Positions 1 through 10,038 of a stretch of DNA of 64,000 bases are shown one piece after another. The stretch's first letter is position 1. Every line of letters begins with the position of its first letter. Source of the DNA: Fuerstiella sp. (GTDB taxonomy: Bacteria; Planctomycetota; Planctomycetia; Planctomycetales; Planctomycetaceae); assembly GCA_040222735.1 (NCBI GenBank), contig JAVKCM010000069.1, forward strand, positions 5,811 to 69,810, given 5' to 3'. A model generated the notes under the pieces. The model worked only from the letters and a program-made list of their open reading frames with translations. It ran no database searches and had not been told where the DNA came from. The position numbers and the translations under genes were made by a program.

Positions 1-2
1 AC

Positions 3-3000
3 GATATCGTCAACGATGTGGCCATTCAGTCTGACGGAAAACTGATCCTTGCCGGAGAGACGCAGGTTTCCCCGTGGCAGAATTACACGTTCGTACGCCT
101 GAACACGGATGGTTCGCTGGATACCAGCTTCGACGACGACGGCATTCTGATTCTGCCGGATCGTCCGTCGCCGAATCATCCGGACGAAATCTTTGCGGTC
201 CGCCTGCAGCCGGACGGGCGTCTGCTGGCGGTGGGTGGCGGTGGCAGCACGGGCGGATCGCACTACGAGATCATGCGGCTGAATACAGAAACCGAGACGG
301 CCGCCATCAACATTCTAAGCGATGATACGACGGTCACCACAGACAACCTGGACAACACGATCACGCTGCGCGTCAGCAGCACCGACCCGCAGATCACCGA
401 AATTGATGTCGACGGTGCGGTGGTGGGAAGCTTCGCCCGCAGCACACCGACCATCACCATCAACGCAGGTGACGGTGACGACACGTTCATTATCGACTAC
501 GTCAATGGAAACCCGATTCCGACGGCCGGCGTCGTCCTGAACGGCGAAGCCAACACGACGACCCTGCCTGGTGATCAGCTGGAACTGCGAAACGGAACTG
601 CCGGGTCGGTTGAACACCTCTTTGACAGTGCCAGCGACGGCAGTATCGATGTTGACGGTTCGGTGATCACCTATACCGGTCTGGAACCGATTCGTGATCA
701 TCTTGAGGCTGCCGACCGTGTGTTCACGTTTGCCGCCACCAGCGATGACATCACACTGGGCGACGATGGGACAGCTGGCAACGGCATCAGTCGTATCTCC
801 AGTGTTTCGTCCAGTGAAACGGTCGACTTTCTGCTTCCAGCCAGCTCGCTGACCGTGAATGCCGGAGACGGCAGTGACGTGATCAGTATTCAACAGCTTG
901 ATCAGACCTTTGCCGGCCCCGGCAGCGGACTGGTGAAGGACACCACGTTTGGTTCCGGCGGCATTGTGATTCAGGACCTGGGCGACAGCGACCAGGTCGA
1001 TGCCGCGGTACTGGATTCCACCGGAGGTATCATCGTGACCGGCAGCGGCCGCACCGGTGACACGGGCCATCTGACGCGATTACATGCCGATGGCAGCCTT
1101 GACGTCAGTCTGCAGCTGGGGACGAGCGGAACGGCTGGTGCCGGCCTGGCACGACACGGTACGGACGGAGTGCTGCTGGCATTCAACAAAGGCACGCTGC
1201 CGTTTGCGGCCCGGTTCACGATCCCGAGTGCCGCAGGAACTCCCATCACCCTGATTTTGAACGGCGACGACGGTGACGATACCTTCATCGTTGATTACGA
1301 CGAGGGTGATCCGGTGCCGCAGAACGGGCTGTTTGTGCACGGAGGAAATAACGGGGCGGGAGCATCCGGGGATCAGGTGGTGCTGCAGAACGGCTCTGTA
1401 TCAACGGTCACTCACAACTTTACGAACTCCAGTGACGGAACCATCGACGTGGATGGTGCCGTCATCACCTATACCGGTCTGGAACCGATCGCGGACAACC
1501 TGGCGGCCGTTGACCGGGTGTTCAGTTTCGGAGCGACGGCGGATGAGATCCTGCTGACTGACGACGGCATTCCGGCCAACGACATCAGTCGGCTGTCCAG
1601 TCTCAGTTCCAGCGAGACGGTGGACTTTCTGCATCCGTCCGGTTCGCTGACCGTCAATGCCGGAGACGGAAGCGATACGATCGAGTTTCAGAGTCTGGAC
1701 AGCGGGATTCCGCAGCTTGACACCCTGACCTTTGACTTCGAAGACCTGGCCCATACCGGAGTCAGAACCTTTCTTGGACCGTATCAGAGCAACGGATTCA
1801 CCTTCCGTTCGGATACTATCGCGCAGGAAACGACCTGGATCGTCTACGGCACAACTGCGGCGACGCGCTACGTCGGCTCAGCAGCCCTGAATTCGAACTG
1901 GGAACCCGTCACGCTGACGCTGTCAAAGGACGATGGCAGTCCCTTCAACCTGGTTTCGATGGATATCTCGGAGTGGGACTCGGCCTTTCCCGGAGTCATC
2001 TCAGTGACGTTCACGGGAACGCTGGCTGGCGGCGGAACGGTGAGTCAGACCTTTACGTCGGATGGGATCCACGGAATGGAACCGTTCAGCTTTGTCGGCT
2101 TCAACCAGGTGACTCAGGTCGACTGGGACTACACAGAGCTTTCGAACAGACACCACTTTGACAATGTCGTGGTACAGGTGCCGTCGGCCGCACCGCCATC
2201 GATTCTGAGTGTGAACCTGAACGGTCAGGACGGCGCCGACAGCTTTGATGTGACGCCGTCACGGAACTCGGTCATCAGTGTAGATGGAGGTAATCCCACA
2301 GTGGCTCCGGGAGATACGCTGGCGTACCACGGTGCCGGCATTGACGACAGTCCGGGAACACGGTCCGGCACGGTGACTCAAACCGGTTTTCCGGATCTGG
2401 CTTATAACGACATCGAAGACCTCATTTTTCCTCCGGCGGAAGTGACCCTGTCCGTCAGCACAAATGTCGTTGCCGAGTCAGATTCGGCGGCAACCCGAAC
2501 GATAACCGTGACTGCCTCGACCAATGTGCCCGTGCAGGGTGATCAGACGGTTGAATTGAATATCTCGGGGACCGGAATCACGTCGGGCGATTACACGCTG
2601 TCCGGCACGACGATCACAATTCCGGCCAATACAACCAGCGGGACAGTCACCCTGACGGTGCAGGATGATGCGGTGGTGGAACTGACTGAAACAACATTCC
2701 TCACGATCTCCAGTCCATCCGCCGGTATTGTTCTGGGAACAGCGTTCAGCGTGGTCACCATTCACGATGATGATAGTGCGGTCGTTTCGATTGACGATGT
2801 GTCTCAGGACGAAAACGATGGCGGTCAGTCCACCTTTATCTTTACGGTGAGTGTCGACAGAGCGGTCGATGTTCCCTGGAAAGTGGACTACACGACGGTC
2901 GACGGAACGGCCACGATCGGGGACAGCGATTTTTCGGGGACATCCGGCACCATTAATTTTTCAGGAACGGCCAATGAAACGCACACGATTGCCGTGAATG

Positions 3001-6000
3001 TCTTCGGGGATCTGAAAGTCGAACAGGACGAAACCTTCTTTCTTGACCTGCTGAACATCAATGCCGTCGGCCGGGATGTCCGCTTTGGCAACGATCGGGG
3101 CAGTGGGGAAGTTCTGAATGACGATACGGCAACGGTGACGCTGGCTCCATTGACGGCGACGGCCGACGAAGGCACCGGAGGCACGTCGACTGATCTGACG
3201 TTCTCTGTCTCGCTGAACAACGCTGTGCAGGGCGGCTTTGACGTGGCTTATACCACCAGCGACGACACCGCGACGGTGGCGGATGGTGACTATGTCGACA
3301 ACGATGGCACTCTGACGTTTGCCGGAGTCGCCGGTGAGGTGCAGACTATCACGGTGCGAGTCAGTCACGATGCGAAAGTCGAAGGGGACGAGTTGTTTGC
3401 GCTCGCGCTGGGGGCACTCTCAAATCTTGCGGCAGGCATTGATCCCGCCGATGTATCCGCCACCGGCAGTCCGCAGGCCGGTACGATTCTGAATGACGAC
3501 GCGGCGACGGTGACGCTCACTCCGCTGGTAGCCGCCGTCGATGAAGGCACCGGCGGCACAACGACGGATATGACGTTTTCCGTAACGCTGAATAACGCCG
3601 TTCAGGGCGGCTTTGACCTCGCTTATGCCACCAGTGACGGCACGGCGACCGTGGCCGATATAGATTACGTCGACAACGATGGCAGTCTGGCGTTTGTCGG
3701 GACGGCCGGTGAAGCGCGGACCATCACCGTGCAGGTTCATCATGATGCGAAAGTGGAAGCGGACGAACTGTTTACTGTGACGCTGGAAGCAGTCTCAAAT
3801 CTTGCGGCGACCGTTGATCCTTCCCGCGTTCTCATCGCCGGCAGTCCGCAGACCGGTACGATTCTGAATGACGACACGGCGACGGTCACGCTGGCTCCAT
3901 TGACGGCGACGGCCGATGAAGGCACCGGCGGCACAACGACGGATCTGACGTATTCCGTAACGCTGAGTAACGCTGTTCAGGGCGGCTTCGACCTGGCCTA
4001 TACCACCAGCGACGATACGGCAACAGTGGCGGATGGTGACTACATTGACAACGACGGCAGTCAAAGCTTTGCGGGGTTAGCCGGTGAGATCCGGACCATT
4101 ACGGTCCAGGTCAATCACGATGCAAAAGTGGAAGCGGACGAACTGTTTGTGCTGGCATTGGAAGCCGTCTCAAATCTTGCGGGGGCCATTGATCCGGCCA
4201 GCCTTTCCATCACGGGAAATCCGCAGATCGGTACGATTGTGAATGACGACGCGGCGACCATCAGTATTGACGATATTTCGACAGACGAAGGTGACGCCGG
4301 AACCACCACCCTGACGTTTACGGCCACGCTGACGGGCGAAGTCAGCCAGACGGTCAGTGCCGACTACGCTCTGGCGGCAGACACCGCTGCGGCCATCGAC
4401 GGCGACTATACTGATCAGTCCGGCACGCTGGTGTTCGGGCCGGTACCGGGTGTTCCGGTCAGGACTGCCACCGTTTCTGTTCAGGTGGTCGGTGACGAGA
4501 AGATCGAGCTGGACGAAACCTTTCTGGTGAACCTGTTTGATATCAGCGCCGGTGGTCTGGACGTCAGTTTTGCCGATTCACAGGGCCGGGGGACGATACG
4601 TAATGACGACAGTGCGACGATTTCCGTTGATGATGTCGGCGTTGTGGAAGCGGATGCGGGCAGCAGCAACCTGACGTTCACGGTTTCGATTGACGGCGAG
4701 GTCGATACTCCGGTCCGCCTGAATTTCAGCACCGGCAACAGTACGGCCTCCGTGGCGGATTCCGACTTCCTGTTTACGGCCGGAACTCTGGAGTTTCTGC
4801 CGAACGCCGGACCTGGGCCGCAGACTCTTCCCGTAACCGTGGCGGTTACCGGCGACCGAAAAGTGGAACTGGACGAAACATTCTTTCTGAATCTGCAGAC
4901 GCTGCAGACGGCCGGGCGGACTGTCACACTGGCCGACGATCAGGGGCTCGGGACCATCATCAACGACGATTCTGCATCACTGACAATCAGCGATGTGACG
5001 GCCGAAGAAGGTGCTGGCGGACTGACAGAATTCCAGTTCGACGTTGTACTCAGCGGTATCGTGGATGTACCGGTCGCGGTGGATTATGCGACCGCACCGG
5101 ATTCGGCCGATGATGCCGACTTAGATTTTGTTGCTCGCACGGGGACGCTCAGCTTTCCCGCTGGTTCAACGGCCGACAGTCAGACCCTGACCGTGGTTGT
5201 TCAGGTCACCGGCGACAGCCGGGTAGAGCTGGATGAAATGTTTCGTCTGAACCTGACCGGCATGGCGTCCGGCGGACGCAACGTGACCCTTGATGACGTT
5301 GCGGGCATCGGCACGATTATCAACGATGACCACGCCGTGCTGTCGATTCGCGGTCTGGCTGCTGCCGAAGGTGACACCGGCGATACACCGTTTTTGTTGA
5401 CGTTGAGTCTGGACAGGCCGGTGGATGTTCCGGTCAGCGTGGATTTTGCGACGATCATCGGCACCGCATCGGACGTCGAGGGAGACTTCTCTGCGACGTC
5501 GGGGCGGGTGGACATCGCCGCCGACAACCTGACGGCCACGCTTTCCGTCGCGGTCACCGGAGACTATCGCATTGAATCGGACGAACAGTTCACCGTTGGC
5601 CTGTCAGCGCTGGCGGCAGACGGTCGCAGCGTTTCCATCAGTACCACACCGGGCCTTGTCACGATTCTGAACGATGATCACGGCATTCTGGATATTGATG
5701 ACAACCAGGTTGTCGATGCGGCCACCGACGGAATTCTGATTCTCCGGTACCTGTTTGGGTTTCGCGGCACGGCGCTGACCGACGGAGCCATCGGGCAGTC
5801 GGCCGCCAATAATACGCCGGCTGGTGTGGAAGGTGTTCTTGACAGTGCTCAGGCGATGCTGGACGTGGACGGTAACGGCGTCTCTGATGCGGCCACCGAC
5901 GGGATCCTGATTCTTCGGTACCTGTTTGGTTTTCGTGACGACGCCCTGGTGAACGGCGCCATCGGTCCCGGTGCGACCCGCACCACCGGTCCGGCGGTTT

Positions 6001-6908
6001 CCGCCTTTCTGGACAGCTTTAATCCTCTGGCTCCCCCGCCAGTGACGCTGCCGCCAGCCCAGGTCAGTGACGGGACGGAAGACAATCCGGACGACGCCGG
6101 CTCTGGCGTCACAGCACCGTTCACCGATTCAGCAACCGTTGCTGAGTCGGCTCCGCGGCCATTCGCAGCCGCGACAGCACCCGCGACGGTTCCTGCGCCC
6201 GCAGTTGCGCCCGCAACAGCCGAAGCTTCCACTTCCACTTCCACTTCCACTTCCACTTCTGCATCTGCATCTGCTTCCGGGCTCGTGCCTGCCAGTCAGC
6301 CTTTACAACCTGCCGGTATCCTGTCGAAAACCGCAGCGTCTTATTCCGGTGCCCCGACCACAACAAACGCGCAGGTGCCGCTCGAGGCTGACTCGCTTTC
6401 CGGGAAGGAAGCGACGCGGCACGGGGCTTCTGCCGGCGGTGGATATCGAGCCTGGATTGACTCCATCAGTGCGGCTGAGTCACCAGACGGGCTGCCGGCA
6501 TCCGGCAACGGCGCTGTAGCCAGCCATGAGGGCGGGCCCACGGCGGCAACCGGGGCAGGCAAACTGCAGGCGACGCTGCCGGACATCCGCAGTTCCTTCG
6601 ACAGCATGAGGAATGAATTGGAACACAACACATCCGGGCCGGAAGATCCCGAGTCGCATGTCGAGGCGAACAGGTCTGCTGACGCCAGCGCCGCTGACAA
6701 GAACGCGGCTGTCAATAATGCGGCTGTCAAAAATGCGGCAGACAAGAACTCTGCCGACGACCGGTTCGCTGATCGCCCGCGGACCGCCAGCGTAGCAACA
6801 GCCCGTCCGGCCGCGATGATGCCGGCATTTCTGATGGATCGCCTGATGGAAAAATGGATGGCTGACGGAATGTGGCTGGAACAAACGGGTGAAGCTACGC
6901 GGCTTTGA
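3..6908 (+). CDS. Giant extracellular/surface protein, 5'-truncated by the window edge: delta-60 (DUF5122-like) repeats, GDGxD calcium-binding scaffold repeats, about 9-10 Calx-beta domains, duplicated dockerin-like C-terminal module and low-complexity tail
   Basis: The frame is open from nt 3 (DIVNDVAIQSDGKLILAG, a delta-60-type repeat), so the GTG at 18 is not the true start. Repeated 'TILNDD...V.V..D..VE.DE.F.L.L' Calx-beta motifs. Twice 'D.D.N...DAATDGILILRYLFGF'. Ala/Ser/Thr-rich tail. Confidence 0.9.
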   Translation, partial: DIVNDVAIQSDGKLILAGETQVSPWQNYTFVRLNTDGSLDTSFDDDGILILPDRPSPNHPDEIFAVRLQPDGRLLAVGGGGSTGGSHYEIMRLNTETETAAINILSDDTTVTTDNLDNTITLRVSSTDPQITEIDVDGAVVGSFARSTPTITINAGDGDDTFIIDYVNGNPIPTAGVVLNGEANTTTLPGDQLELRNGTAGSVEHLFDSASDGSIDVDGSVITYTGLEPIRDHLEAADRVFTFAATSDDITLGDDGTAGNGISRISSVSSSETVDFLLPASSLTVNAGDGSDVISIQQLDQTFAGPGSGLVKDTTFGSGGIVIQDLGDSDQVDAAVLDSTGGIIVTGSGRTGDTGHLTRLHADGSLDVSLQLGTSGTAGAGLARHGTDGVLLAFNKGTLPFAARFTIPSAAGTPITLILNGDDGDDTFIVDYDEGDPVPQNGLFVHGGNNGAGASGDQVVLQNGSVSTVTHNFTNSSDGTIDVDGAVITYTGLEPIADNLAAVDRVFSFGATADEILLTDDGIPANDISRLSSLSSSETVDFLHPSGSLTVNAGDGSDTIEFQSLDSGIPQLDTLTFDFEDLAHTGVRTFLGPYQSNGFTFRSDTIAQETTWIVYGTTAATRYVGSAALNSNWEPVTLTLSKDDGSPFNLVSMDISEWDSAFPGVISVTFTGTLAGGGTVSQTFTSDGIHGMEPFSFVGFNQVTQVDWDYTELSNRHHFDNVVVQVPSAAPPSILSVNLNGQDGADSFDVTPSRNSVISVDGGNPTVAPGDTLAYHGAGIDDSPGTRSGTVTQTGFPDLAYNDIEDLIFPPAEVTLSVSTNVVAESDSAATRTITVTASTNVPVQGDQTVELNISGTGITSGDYTLSGTTITIPANTTSGTVTLTVQDDAVVELTETTFLTISSPSAGIVLGTAFSVVTIHDDDSAVVSIDDVSQDENDGGQSTFIFTVSVDRAVDVPWKVDYTTVDGTATIGDSDFSGTSGTINFSGTANETHTIAVNVFGDLKVEQDETFFLDLLNINAVGRDVRFGNDRGSGEVLNDDTATVTLAPLTATADEGTGGTSTDLTFSVSLNNAVQGGFDVAYTTSDDTATVADGDYVDNDGTLTFAGVAGEVQTITVRVSHDAKVEGDELFALALGALSNLAAGIDPADVSATGSPQAGTILNDDAATVTLTPLVAAVDEGTGGTTTDMTFSVTLNNAVQGGFDLAYATSDGTATVADIDYVDNDGSLAFVGTAGEARTITVQVHHDAKVEADELFTVTLEAVSNLAATVDPSRVLIAGSPQTGTILNDDTATVTLAPLTATADEGTGGTTTDLTYSVTLSNAVQGGFDLAYTTSDDTATVADGDYIDNDGSQSFAGLAGEIRTITVQVNHDAKVEADELFVLALEAVSNLAGAIDPASLSITGNPQIGTIVNDDAATISIDDISTDEGDAGTTTLTFTATLTGEVSQTVSADYALAADTAAAIDGDYTDQSGTLVFGPVPGVPVRTATVSVQVVGDEKIELDETFLVNLFDISAGGLDVSFADSQGRGTIRNDDSATISVDDVGVVEADAGSSNLTFTVSIDGEVDTPVRLNFSTGNSTASVADSDFLFTAGTLEFLPNAGPGPQTLPVTVAVTGDRKVELDETFFLNLQTLQTAGRTVTLADDQGLGTIINDDSASLTISDVTAEEGAGGLTEFQFDVVLSGIVDVPVAVDYATAPDSADDADLDFVARTGTLSFPAGSTADSQTLTVVVQVTGDSRVELDEMFRLNLTGMASGGRNVTLDDVAGIGTIINDDHAVLSIRGLAAAEGDTGDTPFLLTLSLDRPVDVPVSVDFATIIGTASDVEGDFSATSGRVDIAADNLTATLSVAVTGDYRIESDEQFTVGLSALAADGRSVSISTTPGLVTILNDDHGILDIDDNQVVDAATDGILILRYLFGFRGTALTDGAIGQSAANNTPAGVEGVLDSAQAMLDVDGNGVSDAATDGILILRYLFGFRDDALVNGAIGPGATRTTGPAVSAFLDSFNPLAPPPVTLPPAQVSDGTEDNPDDAGSGVTAPFTDSATVAESAPRPFAAATAPATVPAPAVAPATAEASTSTSTSTSTSASASASGLVPASQPLQPAGILSKTAASYSGAPTTTNAQVPLEADSLSGKEATRHGASAGGGYRAWIDSISAAESPDGLPASGNGAVASHEGGPTAATGAGKLQATLPDIRSSFDSMRNELEHNTSGPEDPESHVEANRSADASAADKNAAVNNAAVKNAADKNSADDRFADRPRTASVATARPAAMMPAFLMDRLMEKWMADGMWLEQTGEATRL
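3129..4253 (+). repeat. Three tandem ~375-bp Calx-beta-coding repeats with high nucleotide similarity
   Basis: Units start near 3129, 3504 and 3879 (ATVTL.PL.A..DEGTGGT.TD.T.SV.L.NAVQGGFD). An identical 26-nt stretch ctggctccattgacggcgacggccga is present in units 1 and 3. Confidence 0.9.
6225..6278 (+). repeat. Hexanucleotide tandem repeat (ACTTCC)n grading into (GCATCT)n, encoding STSTSTSTSASASAS
   Basis: Read directly at 6231-6272, inside the low-complexity tail of the giant protein. Confidence 0.85.
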
Positions 6909-7077
6909 TATGATGAGGCGTCGTCTGCGGCACCGGCGTGTTACGGCGGACGTTCTGATGCAGCCGTCGACCGCCTGAACGGACTCGATGAGCGTTCTGT
7001 GGTGTTTGTTGCCTCACGGGTGACTTCATCGTTCCGGAATCCATCACGCCGGTGATCGCACACAGAAAGCGCTGGCT

Positions 7078-7712
7078 ATGGGGCTGATATCTGCCTGCCG
7101 CAGAACGTGGCGTCAACGTCTGCTTTGCCGCACCGCTTTGTGGCCCCCAGCATCGCTGGAGCGTCTGAAAGATCGTACTCTGCTTAGCGGACTCACGCCG
7201 GACGTGTTCACCGTATCGCCGATGATGACATCGTTCACCTGCGTCGCCTGGCCATCGCTGTCGCCGGCGGCGAATCGGTGATGGCAAACGGTGCTCTGCA
7301 GGTCGCACTGGATCTGGACGTGCTGGTATTTTCAGAGGATGCCGACAACGATCTTCTGGCAGTGCGACTGGTGACCGGAGTCAGCCACGGTACGCTGAAT
7401 CTGAAGGCGGACGGCACATTCGAATACACGTCTGTGCCGGGCTTCGTGGGTGAGGATCTGTTTCGTTACGAAGTGACTGACGGCGTCCATATTGAAGAAC
7501 GCACTGCCCTGATTTCGGTGCGGGCGCCGGACGGTGAACTGCTGGCGAATCGGCTGCAGGACATCGGTCTGGCGCTGTATAACCATCACGACGTCTATCA
7601 GCGGTTTCCGAAAGATCCGGCAGATACCAGCAAACGCGATCAGTACGATGCCAATGGGGCGCCGATGATTATGCGGCAGAGAGTGCTCAAGAGGCTATGC
7701 TGGAGCAGATGA
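7078..7712 (+). pseudogene. Probable frameshifted and truncated gene: LEPR-XLL-type N-terminus + cadherin/Ig-like (Big_9-type) domain + start of a DUF1559-like domain
   Basis: The frame from ATG 7078 gives an Arg-rich leader and SLERLKDRTLLS. A different frame from about 7215 gives IADDDIVH...DADNDLL...VSHGTLNLKADGTFEYTSVPGFVGEDLFRYEVTDG, then LQDIGLALYNHHDVYQRFP, and stops at 7712. Confidence 0.6.
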
Positions 7713-7938
7713 TGGAAGCCTGGATGCATGCTGGTCAATGGCTGGATAAAGATCCTGCATCACAGGCGAGCATTGGTCCGCCAGCTTCCGGAGTTTGAAG
7801 TTCGGGCGGATTCGTCTCATTCCTGCAGAGCGTTGGGCTCAGTGAATGTCGGACAGGACGGCCGGCGACGGACGGCACACCGCGACACGCTGAAGCGTTT
7901 ACCGTGAGCGGCAGATACAGAATTCAGGCTGAGTAAGG

Positions 7939-10038
7939 TTAACCGCCGGCACCGAATCCGTTGACGAAGATATCCAGGTACAGGACGAACACAAACAGGG
8001 TGATGATGAAGATCAGTCCCACGCCATGAGCCCAGTTGATGACTCGCGGACTTGGCTTCCTGCGGGCCACCGCTTCCCAGATCAGAAACACCATGTGGCC
8101 GCCGTCCAGCACGGGAATCGGCAGAAAGTTCAGCACGGCCAGATTGATACTCAGGAAGCCCAGAAACATCAGCAGGCGTGTCAGGCCGTGATCGGCCACT
8201 GTGTAGCCGATCTTGACGATTCCCAGCGGTCCGCTGAGAGCCCGAACCGACAGGTTACCCTGGAACAGCGACCGCAGGGTCAGATAAATGCTGACGCCGG
8301 AACTTCTGGTTTCTCGGAAGCCCAGTGCTGCAGCTTCCCCCAGTGATTGAGCCTGTCGAACACGCGTCAGCGCTTCCCAGCCAACAATTCCACGCTGAAT
8401 CGCGAACCAGTCGTCTGCCGGATCCAGCGTCTCGAACAGATGGGCAAAGCTGCCGGCACCATCGGGATTGTCGGCCACATGCAGCATGACCTGGCGAAGG
8501 GGCACGGTCTGAATCATATAGTGGACGAAGGCCCAGTTTGGTTTGCCGGGGGGGACTTCCTGAACTTCCGGATTGATCAGGTTGATTTCATCGCCGGATT
8601 TATCTGACAGCAGATCACTGACGAAGTCCTGCGGATTCGGGTGCAGCAGTTCGACGCTGCTGATTTTCTGACCGACTTTGAATTTACCTGCCTGTTCGGC
8701 CACGCTTCCCGGAACGATATGAGCGATCCTGGGCAGCACATGAAACCCGGCTCCTATCGCGGAAATCGACAGCGGTGCCGTAATGCTGGACGGCCGTTCG
8801 GACCAGCCGGGTGCGTCGGAAGGAATGATTTCCAGCACCACCGATTCGACGCTGTCGCCTTCGCGTTTCCGATTGACGGTGACCAGTACGGTCTCACCGG
8901 CGTGTTCGGCAAAGAAATTCGGCAACCGCAGCGGATCGATATCCTTGCTGACTTCCAGATCATTCACCTTGATGATGCGGTCACCCACCAGCAGTCCCTG
9001 ATTCGCGGCGATGGACCCCTTGGCAATCGTTGTGATCTCGCCGATTGCCATCCAGAGTCCGGTCGTCCGCATCGGTCGGGGCGGAACCGTGATTTCGATT
9101 GTGTCGGTTTCTGGTTCGGTGTTCCTGGATGACTTGTCTGTTGAGACAGGGCGTTCCACCGTATACACAATTTCTTCGGCCGCGTACTTCGCATACAGCC
9201 GTGTAATCTGGTGCGTGAACTGCACCGGTTCACCATTGATTTTGATGATACGGTCACCGGGCAGAAACGGTTGCGAGGCATCATCCACGGCGAATCCGGA
9301 AATACTGATGGACTCGGGGTCTTCATTCTGAGGTGACAGCAGAGAAGTCCATGTCGGACCGCAGCCGATCCGCCGGGCGGTCTTGCCTTTTCGTGGGGCA
9401 ACCACTTCTGCGAACGATGAGCCATCCGGGCGTTCGACGTCAATCTTCAGCGGGCCGCTGGACAGCACGACACTTTGATTGATTTCCATGAACTTCTGGA
9501 TTTCGACGCCATCAATTCTGTTGAACACGTCGCCGGGGTGAATTCCCGCCTCCCACGCCGGACCTCCGACAGTGACTTCGCCGATCATCGGAACCTGTTC
9601 GACCACTCCCACGCGGTAGGCGATGGCGAAGAACAGGAACCCGGTAATGACATTCATGATCACGCCGGCCGAAATGATGGCCATCCGCTGCCAGACTTTC
9701 TTGGCGGAATAGGAACGAGGATTCTCGGCAATCTCGTCGCTCGTCATCTGGTTCGGGTCCATGTCGTCCTGACCCAGCATCTTGACGTAACCACCGAACG
9801 GCAGAGCCGACAGCGCATATTCCGTCTCACCCTTCTGACGACTCCAGATAATCGGGCCGATGCCAATACTGAATCGCTCGACGTGGACGTCACACCATTT
9901 GGCCACCGCGAAGTGACCGAGCTCGTGAAAGAAGATAACGGCGCCCAGCCCCAGAATGACGGACAACGCGTTGCCAATCTTTCCGAAGATACCGGCCGCC
10001 AGAATCAGCGAAACTGAATCCAGTGCTATGAATTCCAC
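7939..10038 (-). CDS. rseP: RIP metalloprotease RseP (peptidase M50) with multiple PDZ domains
   Basis: HELGH zinc motif, ERFSIGIGP, GGYVKM, NFLPIPVLDGGH. Directly downstream of and overlapping dxr, which is the conserved gene order. Confidence 0.95.
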   Translation of the reverse strand: MEFIALDSVSLILAAGIFGKIGNALSVILGLGAVIFFHELGHFAVAKWCDVHVERFSIGIGPIIWSRQKGETEYALSALPFGGYVKMLGQDDMDPNQMTSDEIAENPRSYSAKKVWQRMAIISAGVIMNVITGFLFFAIAYRVGVVEQVPMIGEVTVGGPAWEAGIHPGDVFNRIDGVEIQKFMEINQSVVLSSGPLKIDVERPDGSSFAEVVAPRKGKTARRIGCGPTWTSLLSPQNEDPESISISGFAVDDASQPFLPGDRIIKINGEPVQFTHQITRLYAKYAAEEIVYTVERPVSTDKSSRNTEPETDTIEITVPPRPMRTTGLWMAIGEITTIAKGSIAANQGLLVGDRIIKVNDLEVSKDIDPLRLPNFFAEHAGETVLVTVNRKREGDSVESVVLEIIPSDAPGWSERPSSITAPLSISAIGAGFHVLPRIAHIVPGSVAEQAGKFKVGQKISSVELLHPNPQDFVSDLLSDKSGDEINLINPEVQEVPPGKPNWAFVHYMIQTVPLRQVMLHVADNPDGAGSFAHLFETLDPADDWFAIQRGIVGWEALTRVRQAQSLGEAAALGFRETRSSGVSIYLTLRSLFQGNLSVRALSGPLGIVKIGYTVADHGLTRLLMFLGFLSINLAVLNFLPIPVLDGGHMVFLIWEAVARRKPSPRVINWAHGVGLIFIITLFVFVLYLDIFVNGFGAGG

